From Trichoplax adhaerens (taxonomy: Eukaryota; Animalia; Placozoa), in assembly GCF_000150275.1 (NCBI RefSeq), contig NW_002060944.1, forward strand, positions 9,512,556 to 9,576,555: DNA of 64,000 nt, read 5' to 3'. Below the pieces are notes generated by a model. That model was not told the origin of the DNA. It did no database searches and saw only the letters and a program-made list of their open reading frames with translations. A program made the translations under genes and the position numbers. This document shows positions 1-15,870 of the stretch, piece after piece. How positions within the stretch are numbered: position 1 is the stretch's first letter; every line of letters begins with the position of its first letter.

Positions 1-1829
<1,829 letters not shown>

Positions 1830-3898
1830 AAAAGTTTATATTTGGCTTAAGAAATATATTTAAAATTATAGTCGTATTCAATACTACAATTTGAATGTTT
1901 CATTAATGTTAATTTGTGAAAGTTTCTAACGCATAGTTAATTAACGTCAAACGATCAAATCATGTTAACAGCTACGAGGCTAGGTATCTATAAATATTTC
2001 AAATTTGGACATGCATTAACTAATAATAGGAGTTAAAGAAATTTTTTTTATCATCAATATCTCCATCGGAAGATCACATGAAAATTTGCGAAATACTATA
2101 TTGTATGTCAATGTCAGCAATCTTATAGGTCTTTATTTGTAATATTATTCAAGCTATCATAAATTACCGTAATATCTCGATTAATAATCACGTCAAATGT
2201 TTGGTTATCTTGCCGAATATTGGAACATCACTTAAAGATAATACAGCATTAAAATATTCTGTTGACTATTCTGCTTGTGTGTGGAATAGTCTGAAATTCC
2301 ATATTTGAGCACTCTTCGTTCTGTATATTGGCTTATTTAGCGTCAGCCAAGAGATTTTTTTGTCTGTAGTTGTAAATACAATACACAACATACTGTTTGT
2401 ACTGCTTACCATATATCTATGTACAGTTGGCTTGTTTTAGCTATTATTAATTTACAACAATATTGTACTATCCATTGCCTTTGCTTGGGTATCTAAAATG
2501 AAATTTCAAATGACTAGCCTGCTGGTCCTTAGAGTCGGTAGACGTCCAGCTATGTTTGTACGTGCCTAATAAAACGTACTTTGGACGCATGCTTATGAAT
2601 TTAGAGTATTACACTATTATTGATCGAGTGATCGTTACTAAATTAAAAATATCCAATTTTTTCTCCATCTTTTGTTGTATAATCAGTACGGCATATCTGT
2701 ATCTACAGTATGTAATTTTACTTTTGGTCATTTATAGCGCTAATTTATTGCTTTAAATTGGCTCAAATTTACTTGTACGCTTACTGTACAGTATTACTGT
2801 AGATATCCTAAAATTGTATTGACTGTGGTAATAATTTTTACACTTCATGCCCTCAAGTTTTTACCTTTAAAGATCAATATGAGGCATTACATGATTACTT
2901 CTGTGAATCGATTTGCATGTATTGCAATGCTACGAAAATATTACGCCAATAATTTCTAATTACTTTACTATAGTGTTAATTATGTAAGTTATTTACGAGA
3001 TATCCTATATGAGCGGGATCAATGCTTCTACGAGTATATTGGAGGGGCTGGGACGTACTGTACACTGCTACTGCATAAAATTAGCGATACTAAATGATAA
3101 TATTTCTTAGAAGATGTCGCTCTCGTGACACATTATGCAAATACTAAATACTGCATCTTGACAGATGTATGTTACTGCAGTCTTTTCGAGAATCGACCAT
3201 TGCAGTATTCAGTGTACATGTTATTCACTGCAGTGGAAAATGCGAATTGCTCCTCCAGTAGTCATTGCACAGTATTTTCAATCCAATTTTTCAGGTCTCT
3301 AGTTTCTACTGCTGCTTTGCAAAGGATTTTTCGATACGAAGATTTACAGTAGCTATCGAATGTGTAAGCAACTTTCTACATTTAATTTACTGCAAAGTAT
3401 ACAAATTGTACCGGTAGACATTCTACAAATCGGCCATTGAAGTTTGCACTATGTTGTATAACATCCTGTTACCGCCCAAGTACGAAATCCAGTCAATTTG
3501 CAAAAGCTATACATCTTGTATCATTAACCGATGCAAATATTTCAAGGTTAATGTTCAGTGTAACAGTAAATGTCATAATCATAGAACTTGTCAAAATAAA
3601 TAATAATTTTCATAATCAGAACATTATTAATTCAATAATAGCTACTTCATTGATAATAGTATCTCGAAATATTTGGCAATTCCACGTTACATATATATTG
3701 ATAATTTGAATTAGTTTATTATTATAATAGTTACTATTATAATCATCCAAGAAATAGAGATTCTCTGATTTTATGAGTAATATTACTGCTTGAATAAAGA
3801 TCGTTTCTCTGATTTACGTCTATTGGAATTTTTTCAGTTTGCCAACTGACTAGGCATTTCGCAAATACACTGAACTTCGTATTCAAACGGGTACATAT

Positions 3899-4090
3899 TA
3901 GCCAGAAGCATTTTGCATTCATTACTTTGTACACTCGGTTTAAGCTGTCCTACTGATACATTAGACATATATTGACATATCTAAGAAAAAAAAAATCAAG
4001 AAATCGTCCAATCTCACGCAATATCTACTATAGAAGCAAGACAGCTTCAACAAAGTGTGCAAAGAAATGGATGCAAAATGCTTCTGGCTA
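3899..4090. repeat. Imperfect inverted repeat (~60-bp arms); the left arm belongs to a dispersed repeat also found at 54703-54785
   Basis: TAGCCAGAAGCATTTTGCATTCATTACTTTGTACACTCGGTTTAAGCTGTC (from 3899) pairs with GACAGCTTCAACAAAGTGTGCAAAGAAATGGATGCAAAATGCTTCTGGCTA (to 4090). Confidence 0.7.
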
Positions 4091-4219
4091 GTAGATATCC
4101 ATGACAAGAGTAACGTCGACTATCTTAGTTCAGTATCGGACACAATTCTCCCTATAATTTATACGGTGATGGACTGCTTCATGGTACAGAATACAGTAGA
4201 GTAATTTATATAAGCTGGC

Positions 4220-4251
4220 TTTGAATTTTGTAACAGGAAGTTGGCGGGAAA
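4220..4251. promoter_or_regulatory. E2F site with adjacent CHR-like element upstream of CHTF18
   Basis: TTGGCGGGAAA at 4241-4251 is the canonical E2F consensus TTTCCCGCCAA on the minus strand. TTTGAA lies at 4220-4225. Both are ~650 bp upstream of the CHTF18 ATG. Confidence 0.55.
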
Positions 4252-4330
4252 TTTCTGCCACTGTAGCAATTTGTATCCAATAGACTGAATGTGCAGACGG
4301 TACAGTATGATATAGACTTAGACCGAGGAT

Positions 4331-4351
4331 CGGTTCGGTTCGGTTCGGTTC
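4331..4351. repeat. (CGGTT)4 microsatellite
   Basis: cggttcggttcggttcggttc. Confidence 0.85.
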
Positions 4352-4896
4352 AATTAGACGTACTGTACCGGTAGAGGTGAGCAGCCTGGGTTGAAGTGTG
4401 TCAGTTGACCTCCGTACTACGATGCAATCGTCAGCAACAAGTTCGTCTTCAAATTCTCCATCTTCTCAATGAAAAAATGGGAAAATGAAGGATTAATCCC
4501 AGGAAGAAACAAGTTGAATGAATAAAATAGATCCTGTATTAATTGATAATATTATTAGCCAGAGTAATTACAGTCAAAGGGAAGAAAAGAGAAGATAGGC
4601 AGTAGAGTAATCTCATTCTTACAATACGAGTATACAGGTAAAATAACGACGGATGCAATGTTATTGTCAGTGAATTTTTTTCTGAAAGTTGGCTTGAATC
4701 ATTTACTCGTTTTGGATATACTTCCTTTTACCCATTTTCAATTAATTCTAGCCATAAATAGGATGGTTATTGATTTAAAACGGTATAGCGGAGGGTCTTT
4801 TACAATATTGCCTCGAATTATACTGAAACTATTGCATGATCTTGATCTACTGTAGATACCATTTAATGAAAGAAAAAGAAACTACAAATCGTAACC

Positions 4897-7800
4897 ATGT
4901 CAATATCACTCGAGGATGAAATTGATCAGTTTTATCAGCAGCAAAACGAAGAAGACTTTGAAAAACGCTTTGAAGATGAATTTGAAGTGATGAAAGAAGT
5001 AGAAGGTTAGTCAAAAATGGATATGCGTCATTGAAATCGATTTGATATGTCTTGCTACCTCCTACGTATTGCACTCCATGGTGGGGTATTCAACAGGTCT
5101 TTTGGTATAGCAATGGCTTTGTCTCATAATAATGTGGTTACTAGATATTATAAGTGGCATTTTGTAGGCAATAGTCGTTCCTATTCTATAAAATTTTACA
5201 ATCTTGAATGAATATAACACTGCTGTATACTTAATTCACCTATAAGTAAGCAAAAAAACTGAAGTGACTTATCTATAATAGGTCATTTTAATGGATGATC
5301 TTGTCTGTAATAAATTACCAATAATTAATACGGTAGTCGTTTTATGAACTACTATTCTATAAATGGCATTGATCAGCCCATAGTCGTTCTCATTCTATAA
5401 AATATTGGAGTTTAGACATCATAGAATGACTACGGTATGTTCATTGCACCTGATGTCTAAGCCTTTTAAAAAGAACTGTTATAAACTACATGCATTATTA
5501 ATATATTTTCTATTGATACAATAAGCGGTGTGGATTATATCGCCTTTATCAGCTAGATAAGTTACGGTATATTGCTGTGGTGTTGATGACACTAGCTAGC
5601 AATCACAAAAGAGTCACCATGCCATCGATTCCTATTTTCGAATACACTTATCATTTATGGCAAATAAAACATTTTCATACTGTAAAGGAGATCATAGCGG
5701 ATTGATTTGCTAATAATTCCTGGTTTTTCCAATAATGTAGCGAATCAGGATGAAAATGAGCCAAAGTCAAAACGTAAGCTCTCATACGACCAACCATTAG
5801 TTGATGAATCGAGTTCAAACCAGCAAAGTTCATTTTCATTGCCAGGTAATAATATATTTGGAGCTGGCTACAATTTTACAAACCTATGCTAAATTAATTG
5901 TTGTATTAATAATGCTGTTGAATCCCATTTCATTTGTTACGCTGACTGAAAATCTTTTCAGCATCTACAAACTATTTATACTGTAGCAATAAATACTAAA
6001 CTACAACTTACACGTTAGAATCGAAGAAAAGCAAGAATTCAACAACGACAGATAATGTTGAAGCTACTGATACCCACCACTGCCATTCTCCGTTAGCATC
6101 TGAAATTGATCAAAATATTCCTAATGTAGTATCTATACCATTGATTGGAAGCGAATGGTTGCCTGTTACTGGTAGCGATGGTAGGAGAGTTTATGTTCGG
6201 TTTAAAAAAAGTGACACCGATAATTTTGGCAGTCCACTGCTAGCAAGTCGGAATCATTCGAAAGGGCAACTAATTTCACCATCAGGACAGTTACAATTAT
6301 TATCAACTCCATTTAGTATCTTAAGGGATCAAGTAGAAGAAATGGTAAGTTAACCGTACACAATTTGCAAAATTCAGTTAAGATAGTTCTGTTCTACTTC
6401 ATTCTAACCTTACACATCCAATATTGTATATCTAATAGAGACTTAAGAAATTATTGAATACGACCAATACTGAAGCGGAACCTAGCAAAATGTTTGTATT
6501 ACTACGTTTTTATCTTTATTTCGTAACAATAAGTAAGAGATGATCGTAATAATAGTATTAACGCAGAATTAATGATCATTTTTCACATATTTATAAAAAA
6601 GTGTTTAAATTTATTATTTAATTGCAGGGAAATAGAGGAGGGTGATGCAAATGATACAGATGGTAATGTTAGTCATCAAGACGAAAAGCAGAAATCAAAA
6701 GCAATGGTATCATTATGGGTTGATAAATATTCTCCGCATCATTATAGAGAATTACTTAGTGATCATGTAAGGCAATAGCGTTAACAGACATTTATTCTTG
6801 TTTATGTAGAATAGGCATTATCATTGCTGCCTTGACGCTATAAAATTACTATTCGTATCAAATAATTTATAATAATGAAATCAGCCATTAAATTTATGCC
6901 TTGGGCTTGTGATTAGCGCAATATCTGATACTACAGTAACTATTTAATGTTTCAAATATTGATAGCCCTCTGCTTATCGTTGCCATTGATCATTTTATCG
7001 CACTGTACATAGTCAACAAACCGTAGCTTACTGTCATGGCTAAAATTATGGGATAAGACTGTTTTTGGCAAAGATTTCAATATTCCTGATGAAACACTTG
7101 CAAATCAATTGGTAAAATTTGCGCTAAAGTTTACCTTTCGAATGTGTATTTTGCTTCATTGTCTGACATGCTGTTCAAAATAAATTCATAGGCCGTCGAC
7201 ACTCAAAATCGCCCTTTAAAGAAGGTTTGATAAGATAAAGTGATGCTAATGAACGGTAGTTCGTGAATACAAAAGATGTGGCACTGCAAGAAAAAATTAA
7301 AGTACTGCTTTACTTATGCCTTAGGTCGCGTTACTTTGTGGGCCTCCAGGATTAGGTAAAACGACACTTGCTCACGTCATTGCTAGACACGCTGGATATA
7401 ATGTATTAGAGATGAATGCTAGGTCAGTTTATGCAAATTAAACAAAGATTGAGCTCATTTTAGTACATATCTGGCATATGTTGTATTTAACTTATAATCT
7501 TTTACAACATATACAGCGATGATCGCTCTGTGGAAATATTTCGCCAAAGAATTGAATCAGCTACTCAAATGCATTCAATTAGTGGAGATGAAAAGGGATT
7601 GCCTAATTGCTTACTGATTGACGAAATTGATGGGGCTCCAACCGTAAGTTGGAGTGTTTTTCTTTTAATTAAGGATTAATGTATCGCCTGAACAAAAATT
7701 GTTCTATTTATTTTTTACGGCTATAATTTTATCTTGATTTATTTAATCGTTACAATATTATAATTGTAGGCGTCTGTGGAGGTGTTGATCAAATTTATAA

Positions 7801-10800
7801 GGAACACTGAGAATGGTAATAAAGTTGATCATACCTTTGACGTTATCTATAATATCACTTTATAGCTTACTCGGCTAATTCTAACCTTGAATAATGATAG
7901 CTAAAGTAAAGAAGAAATCGAAAGGGCATCAAAATATTCTGTCTCGACCGATTATTTGTATTTGTAATGACCAGTAAGTTAATATAACCTTTACTGTTAC
8001 AAATGTTTTAGATATGAGCTTAGAATATCTGATGTAATTTTCGACAACTAGATATGTTCCATCATTGCGCCAGCTGAGACAGCACGCTTTGGTGATTACA
8101 TTTCCTCCAACATCTACAAACAGATTAGCAGGAAGATTGCAAGATGTAAATAAAATCTTACAAAACCTTCTTTGACTTCTGAAGGACTTGTTGTAACTAA
8201 ATACTTCTCCCCTGACATTAACTGCTGTTGTCTTATGTTTTCTAGATATGTCGAAAGGAAAAATTACTGACTGACTTGTTTGCTTTATCAGCTCTTTGTT
8301 CAAAAGCTGAAAATGATATTAGGTCATGCATTAATACGTTACAGGTACTTTTAATACGATGCTTGAGCAAGCTTAACTGTCATTGATTTATCAAATTGTA
8401 AATAATTATGATTTGTGCTAAATTTTCACTCGTAGTTCTTGCAACGACAATCTAATCGATTCTCTACGGATATGGTGCATACTATTCGAATTGGTCAGAA
8501 AGATCAAAAGGGCAGTTTATTTGATTTATGGAAAAATATATTCCGTCAGAAAAAGGACAGGTTTGTTAGATATATCTTTCAAGGGACTCCAATTTCAGTG
8601 ATCTTGATGATTTGTTACTTAACCATTGTAGGTCGTTTAGCGCGCCGGTATTTAATGATCAAATTGAAAAAGAGGCGGATCATCTTTCTTACTATCCAAG
8701 TAATATTATTCATATTGATATGCAGTCCAAATTTTAGTTTAATTCAATAATTTCGTTATCAAAACCAGATCATACCCCTAGAATGTCATCGACCGCGAAA
8801 AGATTTTATAACATATTAAATTTAACTATGAAGGCTGGAGAATATGATAAATTGATGCAAGGTAAGTTACATAATGTTTGCATAGATTAGGTGTATTGTA
8901 AATGTGAAAGATTTCTAAAGGAGGGACTTTTAAAATATGAAAGAGTGTTGTGTACCAGATAAGCATCTAATAAAATCAAATTTTAAGGATACTGTATCTT
9001 TTGCTTTCTTTAACTTAGGTTTATTTGAAAACTATCTAAATATTAAGTTCAAGGATAGATACTTAACGTTGGTAAGAATACGTGCACAATATAAAATATG
9101 ATTTCGTTTGACCTGTAGGATGTTAATTAACTTATGAGTTATTCGTGTGAAAAATCTCAATAAGGCATGTATGCTGCTTTACTTTCGCCAACTTGATTAA
9201 GCTATTAGATGATCCGCGATATCATCAGTAAATGTGACAAGAATTGAGCCTAGAGTCAGTAACGCTAATCAAAGAATTTTCTTCTTGCAGACTGCAGACG
9301 CTTGTGATTGGCTATGTAATATGGACCTTATCACCGAAACAATGCATCATTTACAAGAATTTCAACTAATGAGATATTTACCCTATGTAGCGGTTTTCTT
9401 TCACTTAAATTGTTCAAGCCATCAATTTGCCAGGATTTTCTATCCTAATAGTGAATTTGAGGTGGCGCACTAAAAAAGTTCATACGTTATAAGCTTATTA
9501 AAATTTGCGTATCACTGCTTAGACGTTCTTGAGACCTTAAATAATTTGTAGCCTTTTTTTTTTTAGTTTTCTCAAAAAATCAGAAGAATTAATTATCTAG
9601 TTTTAAACGTAATGGGAGAAGTTTCTCCAACCATACGGCGGAATTTATTTGTCAGTGAAGTCGTAATGTATTTGTTACCGTCATTACTGGAAATTCTTTC
9701 TCCTGCAGGATTAGCGGTGAGTAACAAATTTAATTTTTAAACTACAAGATGAAATTTCGAACTTGCTAATTGACGTTCTTTTCATATATGTAAATTATAG
9801 AACAACGCACAGTTACACAGTCAAGCGGATAAAGAGCAATTACTTCGCGTCGTTAATGCAATGATATCATATAACTTATCCTATCAGCAGATAAGGAACA
9901 GCGATGGACAGTATAACTATCTATTCGAGCCGTTAGTATAATTAAAGTTGTATACGAGATACGAATGTTAACCAACAAACTTATTCACTTAAACATAAAC
10001 ATATTATTTAGCCCAATTGACGAGGTTATCCATTACCCTGGACAAACACAGCAAAAACAGTTGTCTTATAACATCAAGCAAATTATTGCTCAGCAGGTTA
10101 TCGAGTATAAAGCGATTTATAAATTATTCAGAAAGTAACCATTGATTGCATAGATTTCTGCTGCTGATCTATTGGTCCTATAAATCAAATTTTATTGCTA
10201 GGTTGAACACGGTAAACTAAAATGGCATGCAAATGAAATTAATGAACTAGAGTAAGTCATAAAAATTGTTTTTAATAGATTTTCGTTATCATACTGAGAA
10301 TGCTTCTGTGTATTTACTATGGAATTGAAGTTATTAGCAATCGATGAAAATAAGTATATATATATATATATATATAAGGACAGTGCAATTGTTGCAGCAA
10401 TGTTATATTCTTCATGGTTTTTTGCCTAGAATCTTATCTTATTGACTATTTAACCATATAATAGTAAGCAGCAACCCTTAAGTAAAGAATTGAAACGAGA
10501 TATAGTCAATACTAAGCGTATGCCACCGAAAGAATCTAAAATTGCTGAAATATTGAGTGGTGGCGGAGATCAGGTAACATGTGTTCTATATTATGTGGCT
10601 TATCTTTCCTATAATTCCTAACTGCATGCGCTTAAATATATAATGTCGGACGTTTTTCAGCCATTTGCTAGAAATCAAGATTCGTTTTTGGATGCAGTTT
10701 CTGGTACGAAGCAATTCTATATACTGTACTGTGTTTCGTCTTTATTGTTTACTTCTAATTGTGCATGTATATATAAATCAATATCCTGGACATAAAGTAA

Positions 10801-11115
10801 TCGTGTAGATATTTTCTTCCGTCACACGTCTGCTTTACGAAATGCTTGTAATATGTTTATTGTTACAGTATTTTATTGGTAAATATTGATTGTATAATAT
10901 ATGCCAGTACATTTTATAATAGATGACATTTATTATCTTAAGATTGAGAATTTTTCACTATCTCAAAATATTCAATAATTTTATAAACATTTTTTATAAC
11001 AGAATCAGATAATAAGAACCTTCCTGAAGAGCTCAAGGCTTCGTTTTGGTATAGATTTAATGAAGGGTTCACTAATGCAGTTCGCAGAAATATAAAAATG
11101 AAGCATCTTTTATAG
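4897..11115 (+). CDS. CHTF18: Chromosome transmission fidelity protein 18 (alternative RFC clamp-loader large subunit), ~25 exons
   Basis: First exon 4897-5005 ([12 protein letters not shown]...[15 protein letters not shown]). Later exons give [17 protein letters not shown], Walker [29 protein letters not shown] (~7340-7422), Walker [10 protein letters not shown] (~7607-7635), [19 protein letters not shown] and [11 protein letters not shown]. The terminal exon (11003-11115) gives [22 protein letters not shown], the diagnostic Ctf18 C-terminus. Confidence 0.95.
10355..10376. repeat. (TA)n microsatellite in a CHTF18 intron
   Basis: tatatatatatatatatatata. Confidence 0.9.
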
Positions 11116-11596
11116 ATGGCCTCATCATATCATTCATGTGTTAATAAATTATTCCAAGTTAAATTCTTTTTTACAATTTTGATAGCTATCTAATTGAATT
11201 AATGATTATTTTGAACTAGTGTATTCACAGATAATTGCGTATATAATAACTGTAAATATAGTTGTATATCATCAGTAAAAATGATTTGGTTTACAGACGT
11301 ATGATGTGAAAATTTAATATGTAACATAGTACCAAGTTGATACATATAACATATCGTTATATTGTAAATAAAGCAAATTATCTAGTACAAATATTGTATA
11401 ACTTCTATCTGGTTTTGTTGCATGTTTATTTACACGCTGTTTTACCAAAGGATAAATTCTTTCTCTCTGCCTTTTGGCGCGCACATACTGCATATATGCC
11501 GAAAAATAGAACACAAGTGATAATTTCCTCTTCCAAGTTTTGAATTGTGTAGTACCGCAATTGAATTGTAACACTACATGCTACAAGTCCAATTAA

Positions 11597-12563
11597 TTAG
11601 TTGTTCTTGAATAGCTCAAAGCCCATCCAGTTGAAGTATAGAATAAAGATAGTTACAGGAACGACAGTAGGTACCAAGAATGAGAAATAACAAATGGAAT
11701 AACTAAAACAATTTGAGAGGATTTCCTACAATAACAAAAGGAAAGATAAAAAGAATGTTACAATAACAAGAAGTAAATACTTTACGTCTATCGCCTACAC
11801 GAGGCATTTATTGCAGATTGCGGCAGAGAATACACCTAAATGCTAGGTAATTGCTGCATAATTATACGACTTATGATTCCTGACAACATTATACGAAGCC
11901 ATGTACTATAAGCATTCTGTATTGTATTTATTTATTGGGTTAATTAGCTCAAAGTGACAAATAAAACGTTATACGCTTCTGTAGGTCAAGGGGAAACAAA
12001 GTAACGTACGGCTATTCCCTTAGAAGATTCGTGTTATCATTGAATTTGGTTATTTGTTAGTGATATGGTAAGTATCTTGAATCATACAATATAAATCACG
12101 TTGCTAAAGGTACATAAACCATTGTACATTTCTGCAGCTATGGAGAAAAGAAGTACGAATTAATCAATTCATGCCAATCATCGAATTAAATCATGCATTT
12201 GCAGCATACTATGGTGAACACCCTGTAGTACTGTGTATTTGCTATAGACTGTAGTTTGTTCTAATTAATACAGTACACAGCATATTTAAAAATCTCTTGC
12301 AGGCCAAGGAGAAAACAGATAGAGCCACTCTGAGTTTGCTAATCAGCTTATTTACTACTCAGATTACGGTATCATTATGCTCTGAACAAGCAGATCACAG
12401 GCATCATTTGGATACCTTTGTACGTATGCTGTACATAATACTAAAATCATAATCATAACTCAACAACAGCCTTTACCTTATAATAAAATGTGCTATAGAT
12501 GATACCACATCCAGAAAGGCTTAGTAAAGCAGTTAATGGAGCTAAAATGACGATCCAGTTCAT
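11597..12563 (-). CDS. PIGY: GPI-GlcNAc transferase subunit Y (PIG-Y/Eri1 family) microprotein, 71 aa (77 aa with optional 18-nt microexon)
   Basis: Exon 12563-12477 MNWIVILAPLTALLSLSGCGIIYSTFYYK|gtaaag; possible microexon 12137-12120 LQKCTM; exon 11725-11597 EILSNCFSYSICYFSFLVPTVVPVTIFILYFNWMGFELFKNN*. It has two hydrophobic segments and a C-terminal W-M-G-x-x-L-F-x-x-N matching human PIG-Y (…PITIPVYVFFHLWTWMGIKLFRHN). Confidence 0.85.
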
Positions 12564-12869
12564 GGTACAAGGGGTCCTATTATGTTGGACGGAGAGTTAT
12601 ACCAAGGGATTAAATCGTAAATAAGACCATTAAGCTCGTTGTTGGGCACTGTACTAGATCGATCGATGTCCGATTACTAACTGTTAGCTGTTTAGGCCAG
12701 TATCCCAATGTCATCAAAGCGTAGTTTGATATAGAAATAGTGTCTGGCCTAATATCGATCACTGCCCTATACTTTAGTGTAAATGTAAAGCATGCGCTTA
12801 AGCCACCATTTGAAACGGCATACTGTACAGTGTACAGTTAACCTCTCCACTTTCGGTCCTACATGCGCT

Positions 12870-15100
12870 CATTTGAATATCTCTGCTCGCAAACGCCTTA
12901 TATTTAGCATAATAATATTAATCAAATCATCATCGAGTCGTGATCCAGTTAGAAGATCTAAGGCATTGGTTTCGATCGAAAATTGCTCATTTGCCTTCAG
13001 CCTTGTTAGCGATTGAGCTTTGAGTTAATGCAATTTAATAGCTCAATTTCGAAACATCTCTAATAATCTTGCAATTAAAGCTCATCTATTGGAACTCATT
13101 ACTCGAATATCCTTCCTTCATAAGTTCAAATTGGAATCATCTTTTGCAATTTATCAACATTCTATTTAGCTATCTGTAACAAAATCAAACGGCATCGGCA
13201 ATATTGAAGACCCTTTATTGCTTTCAAGTTATGCAGTGCATGATTGGCAGAAAGTACGAACACTAACGATTCAATTTTCAGGGTGTTTTCTAATAATCGA
13301 TGTTATTATACGGTAGAAGTAGCCGTTGCAATCGGACAAAATCTTCCGTTTTAATCGATTGATTGGTACTGCAGTAATCGTATTGCTAATGTGCTTTACA
13401 TTATTTCGCAGGTAGACGCGTGCAAACTAGATTCAACATTGTTAATATCATTAGCATGATATATTATCTCATCATCTGTATATCGCATGGAGCCATTCCT
13501 TAGGTCATGCTGCTATGCTAATAAATAAACGGTAAGTCACTGTAAATAGTAAAGTCGTATTCAATCTCAAGAAACGATGAATGGGTGTGACAGTGTTATA
13601 TACTGTATTAGAGTAGAAATATCTATGTTCGGATAATTCTGTTAGCCTATTCTTATTTAGTTAACTTCTAATTTAGATATACTGTTTTTTTAATATAGCA
13701 CTAACATTTTATGACAGAGACACATATACACATACCGAAATTAATAGTTATAATAGGGATCGCAAATCATCTACTTACAGTTCGAATCATTGTGATTGTA
13801 ACTTACTTATGGTAGATTGTAAATTATCGTGGAAATGTTCCGTGATAGAGGACATATCGTAATCTGACTATTCTGTATTAGTCATTACATGTCTATGTTC
13901 GTAAATACTGTTGTCTGCATTAAGGGAGCAATAGCTATAATTAATATCTAATTCAGTGAATGATTCCAAAGTTAATCGTACTAACTATGACTCATGAACT
14001 ATTGAGGAAGAGTATATAAATGGAGTACTGTATATCGTGTAATAAAGTGGATTCTCAAACTTAGTGTTTAACGTAAAATACGAGGCGTTTAAGTCTTTGT
14101 GTAGTCTGCTAGTAGAGCAAAAGTGTTTCTGATAGTGTAGATATCGTTCCTTGATACGTGGTTCAAGGAATTAACTTATTGATCGTACATTACATTATCT
14201 TGTTGCAAAGCTGTTTTGTGACAATGGGTTATCGTTTTTAGCTCATCATTTGTTTAAAATTTGACAGTAAAGCAAACCTAGAGTAACGTAGTTTATATAC
14301 AGCTTTAATTTAGGTAGAAAAAAAGTCATGATGGCTAAAACTTTGAAAACCTACGTTAGAAAGTAAAAGTAAATGGACTCGTAGCATAGGATAGAGTAAC
14401 CAAACCTCCCGATATTATTTTGTATGATTTATGTTGTGTTCATCTCCACAATTTTTCGACTATTGCTACGTCGTAGTGATGTGTAGATCCGATATTGCTA
14501 AGTTTCCGTTATCGTTCAGTAGTTTCATGCCTAACTACGTTATTAACTTGCGTTGTCAACTACTAGATTGAAAAACGGACATAGAGACCATAAAGATTGA
14601 CTTTATACTGTACGAATATATGTATATGTATATGTTATCAGAGTGTTAATCGCTCACACTAGCACCAGCTCTTCGCCGAATTTCTACGATATCGTACAGG
14701 CTAGTTATGTTGTAGTGTTTGTCCTTTGCTATAATCTTGCAAGCATTAACTAAGGCGTAAAGACCAAGGATTAAGCACTCCCCGATTAAGGTTGAACTAG
14801 TTTGAACTACTTGACGCAAAATGTTAATTTTCACCTCAAATTACGAGTATGAGGATAGCAAGTGTGAGAGATCCCAAATGCTACCGTAGGATGATAGCCA
14901 AATATGGCATACTTGCCTTATTGGACTCGGAAAATGGTCATTGCTAGTAATCTCGTCATCATAGTTTTGCCAATCAATTCTAAGATTTGTTACTATCATG
15001 ACAAACATCCTGATCTCATTCGAGAGGCGGTCATTTTTCAAATGTACAATACAATTTTCTATCGACGTTTCTCAATCAGCATATCATGATTAGCCTGAAA
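12870..15100 (-). pseudogene. Possible decayed coding relic of unknown family
   Basis: ORFs 15041-14841 and 14834-14646 are in the same minus-strand frame, separated by a single TAA. Further protein-like fragments (AVPINRLKRKILSDCNGYFYRIITSIIRKHPEN; LTRLKANEQFSIETNALDLLTGSRLDDDLINIIMLNIRRLRAEIFK) lie at 12.9-13.5 kb. No family recognised. Confidence 0.25.
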
Positions 15101-15870
15101 ATATTTCAGGTTATTCTCAATCTTTTACCAGGTTGTGAGTTGGTTGCTTATGCAGATTTAAACTTTACGAAAGCCGTTTGGATGATTAGCTCTGGCCCAA
15201 AAAACCAGTGCACAGCTCGCTGTTTCATTTCATTTTGCCTATTTGTAACAGGTTTTATGCCTTGCTCATCCATTTCATGTTTATCAACTCATCTTACGTC
15301 GTCTACTGAAGTTATAGAGCATTTTAGAGCTTTAGTCGAATAAGGTTGCCACTATGAAGGGCAGCTGGCATAAAAAAAATTGCTGCAAGTATCCCAAAAT
15401 GAGCTAGCTATCCTCTTCTTGCAAGTCCCTGCCCTTCTCCATATCAATATGGCCCCATTTCTAGGCTACAGTACTGTACACAGATACCGTAAACTTGCAT
15501 TTATAGGTACGGTATTCCCATACTGTAAGCTAAGATATTGAGATGCTGTACTGTAGCATATCCATCGAGAAATTGGCATTTCAGCTATAATCCAGGAGGC
15601 AGACAACGATTTTAGTTGTGTTATCTTATCCATTAAGGCCTAGCCAAGGCTTGATGACCTTTATAATTGCTAGTGTATCCATATTGAATTGGACTGTCTA
15701 CAAATACTAATTAACTCGTTCAAATTTGGCTAGGGGGATTGCTTAGTAAACGTAATCGACTTGGGAAAAATAACAAATTGACGATTATCGCTTGGATTGT
15801 TCATTTTAAAACGCTTCTTAAGACAATATATTGGATAATACGACGCTAGATTGGATTATGCGCGATAAAA

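Noticed and set aside
12564-13200. PYURF/PreY ORF upstream of PIGY
   Set aside because: No Trm112-like motif (LxCPxxKxxL...YPIxxGIPxM) found on the minus strand in the frames examined.
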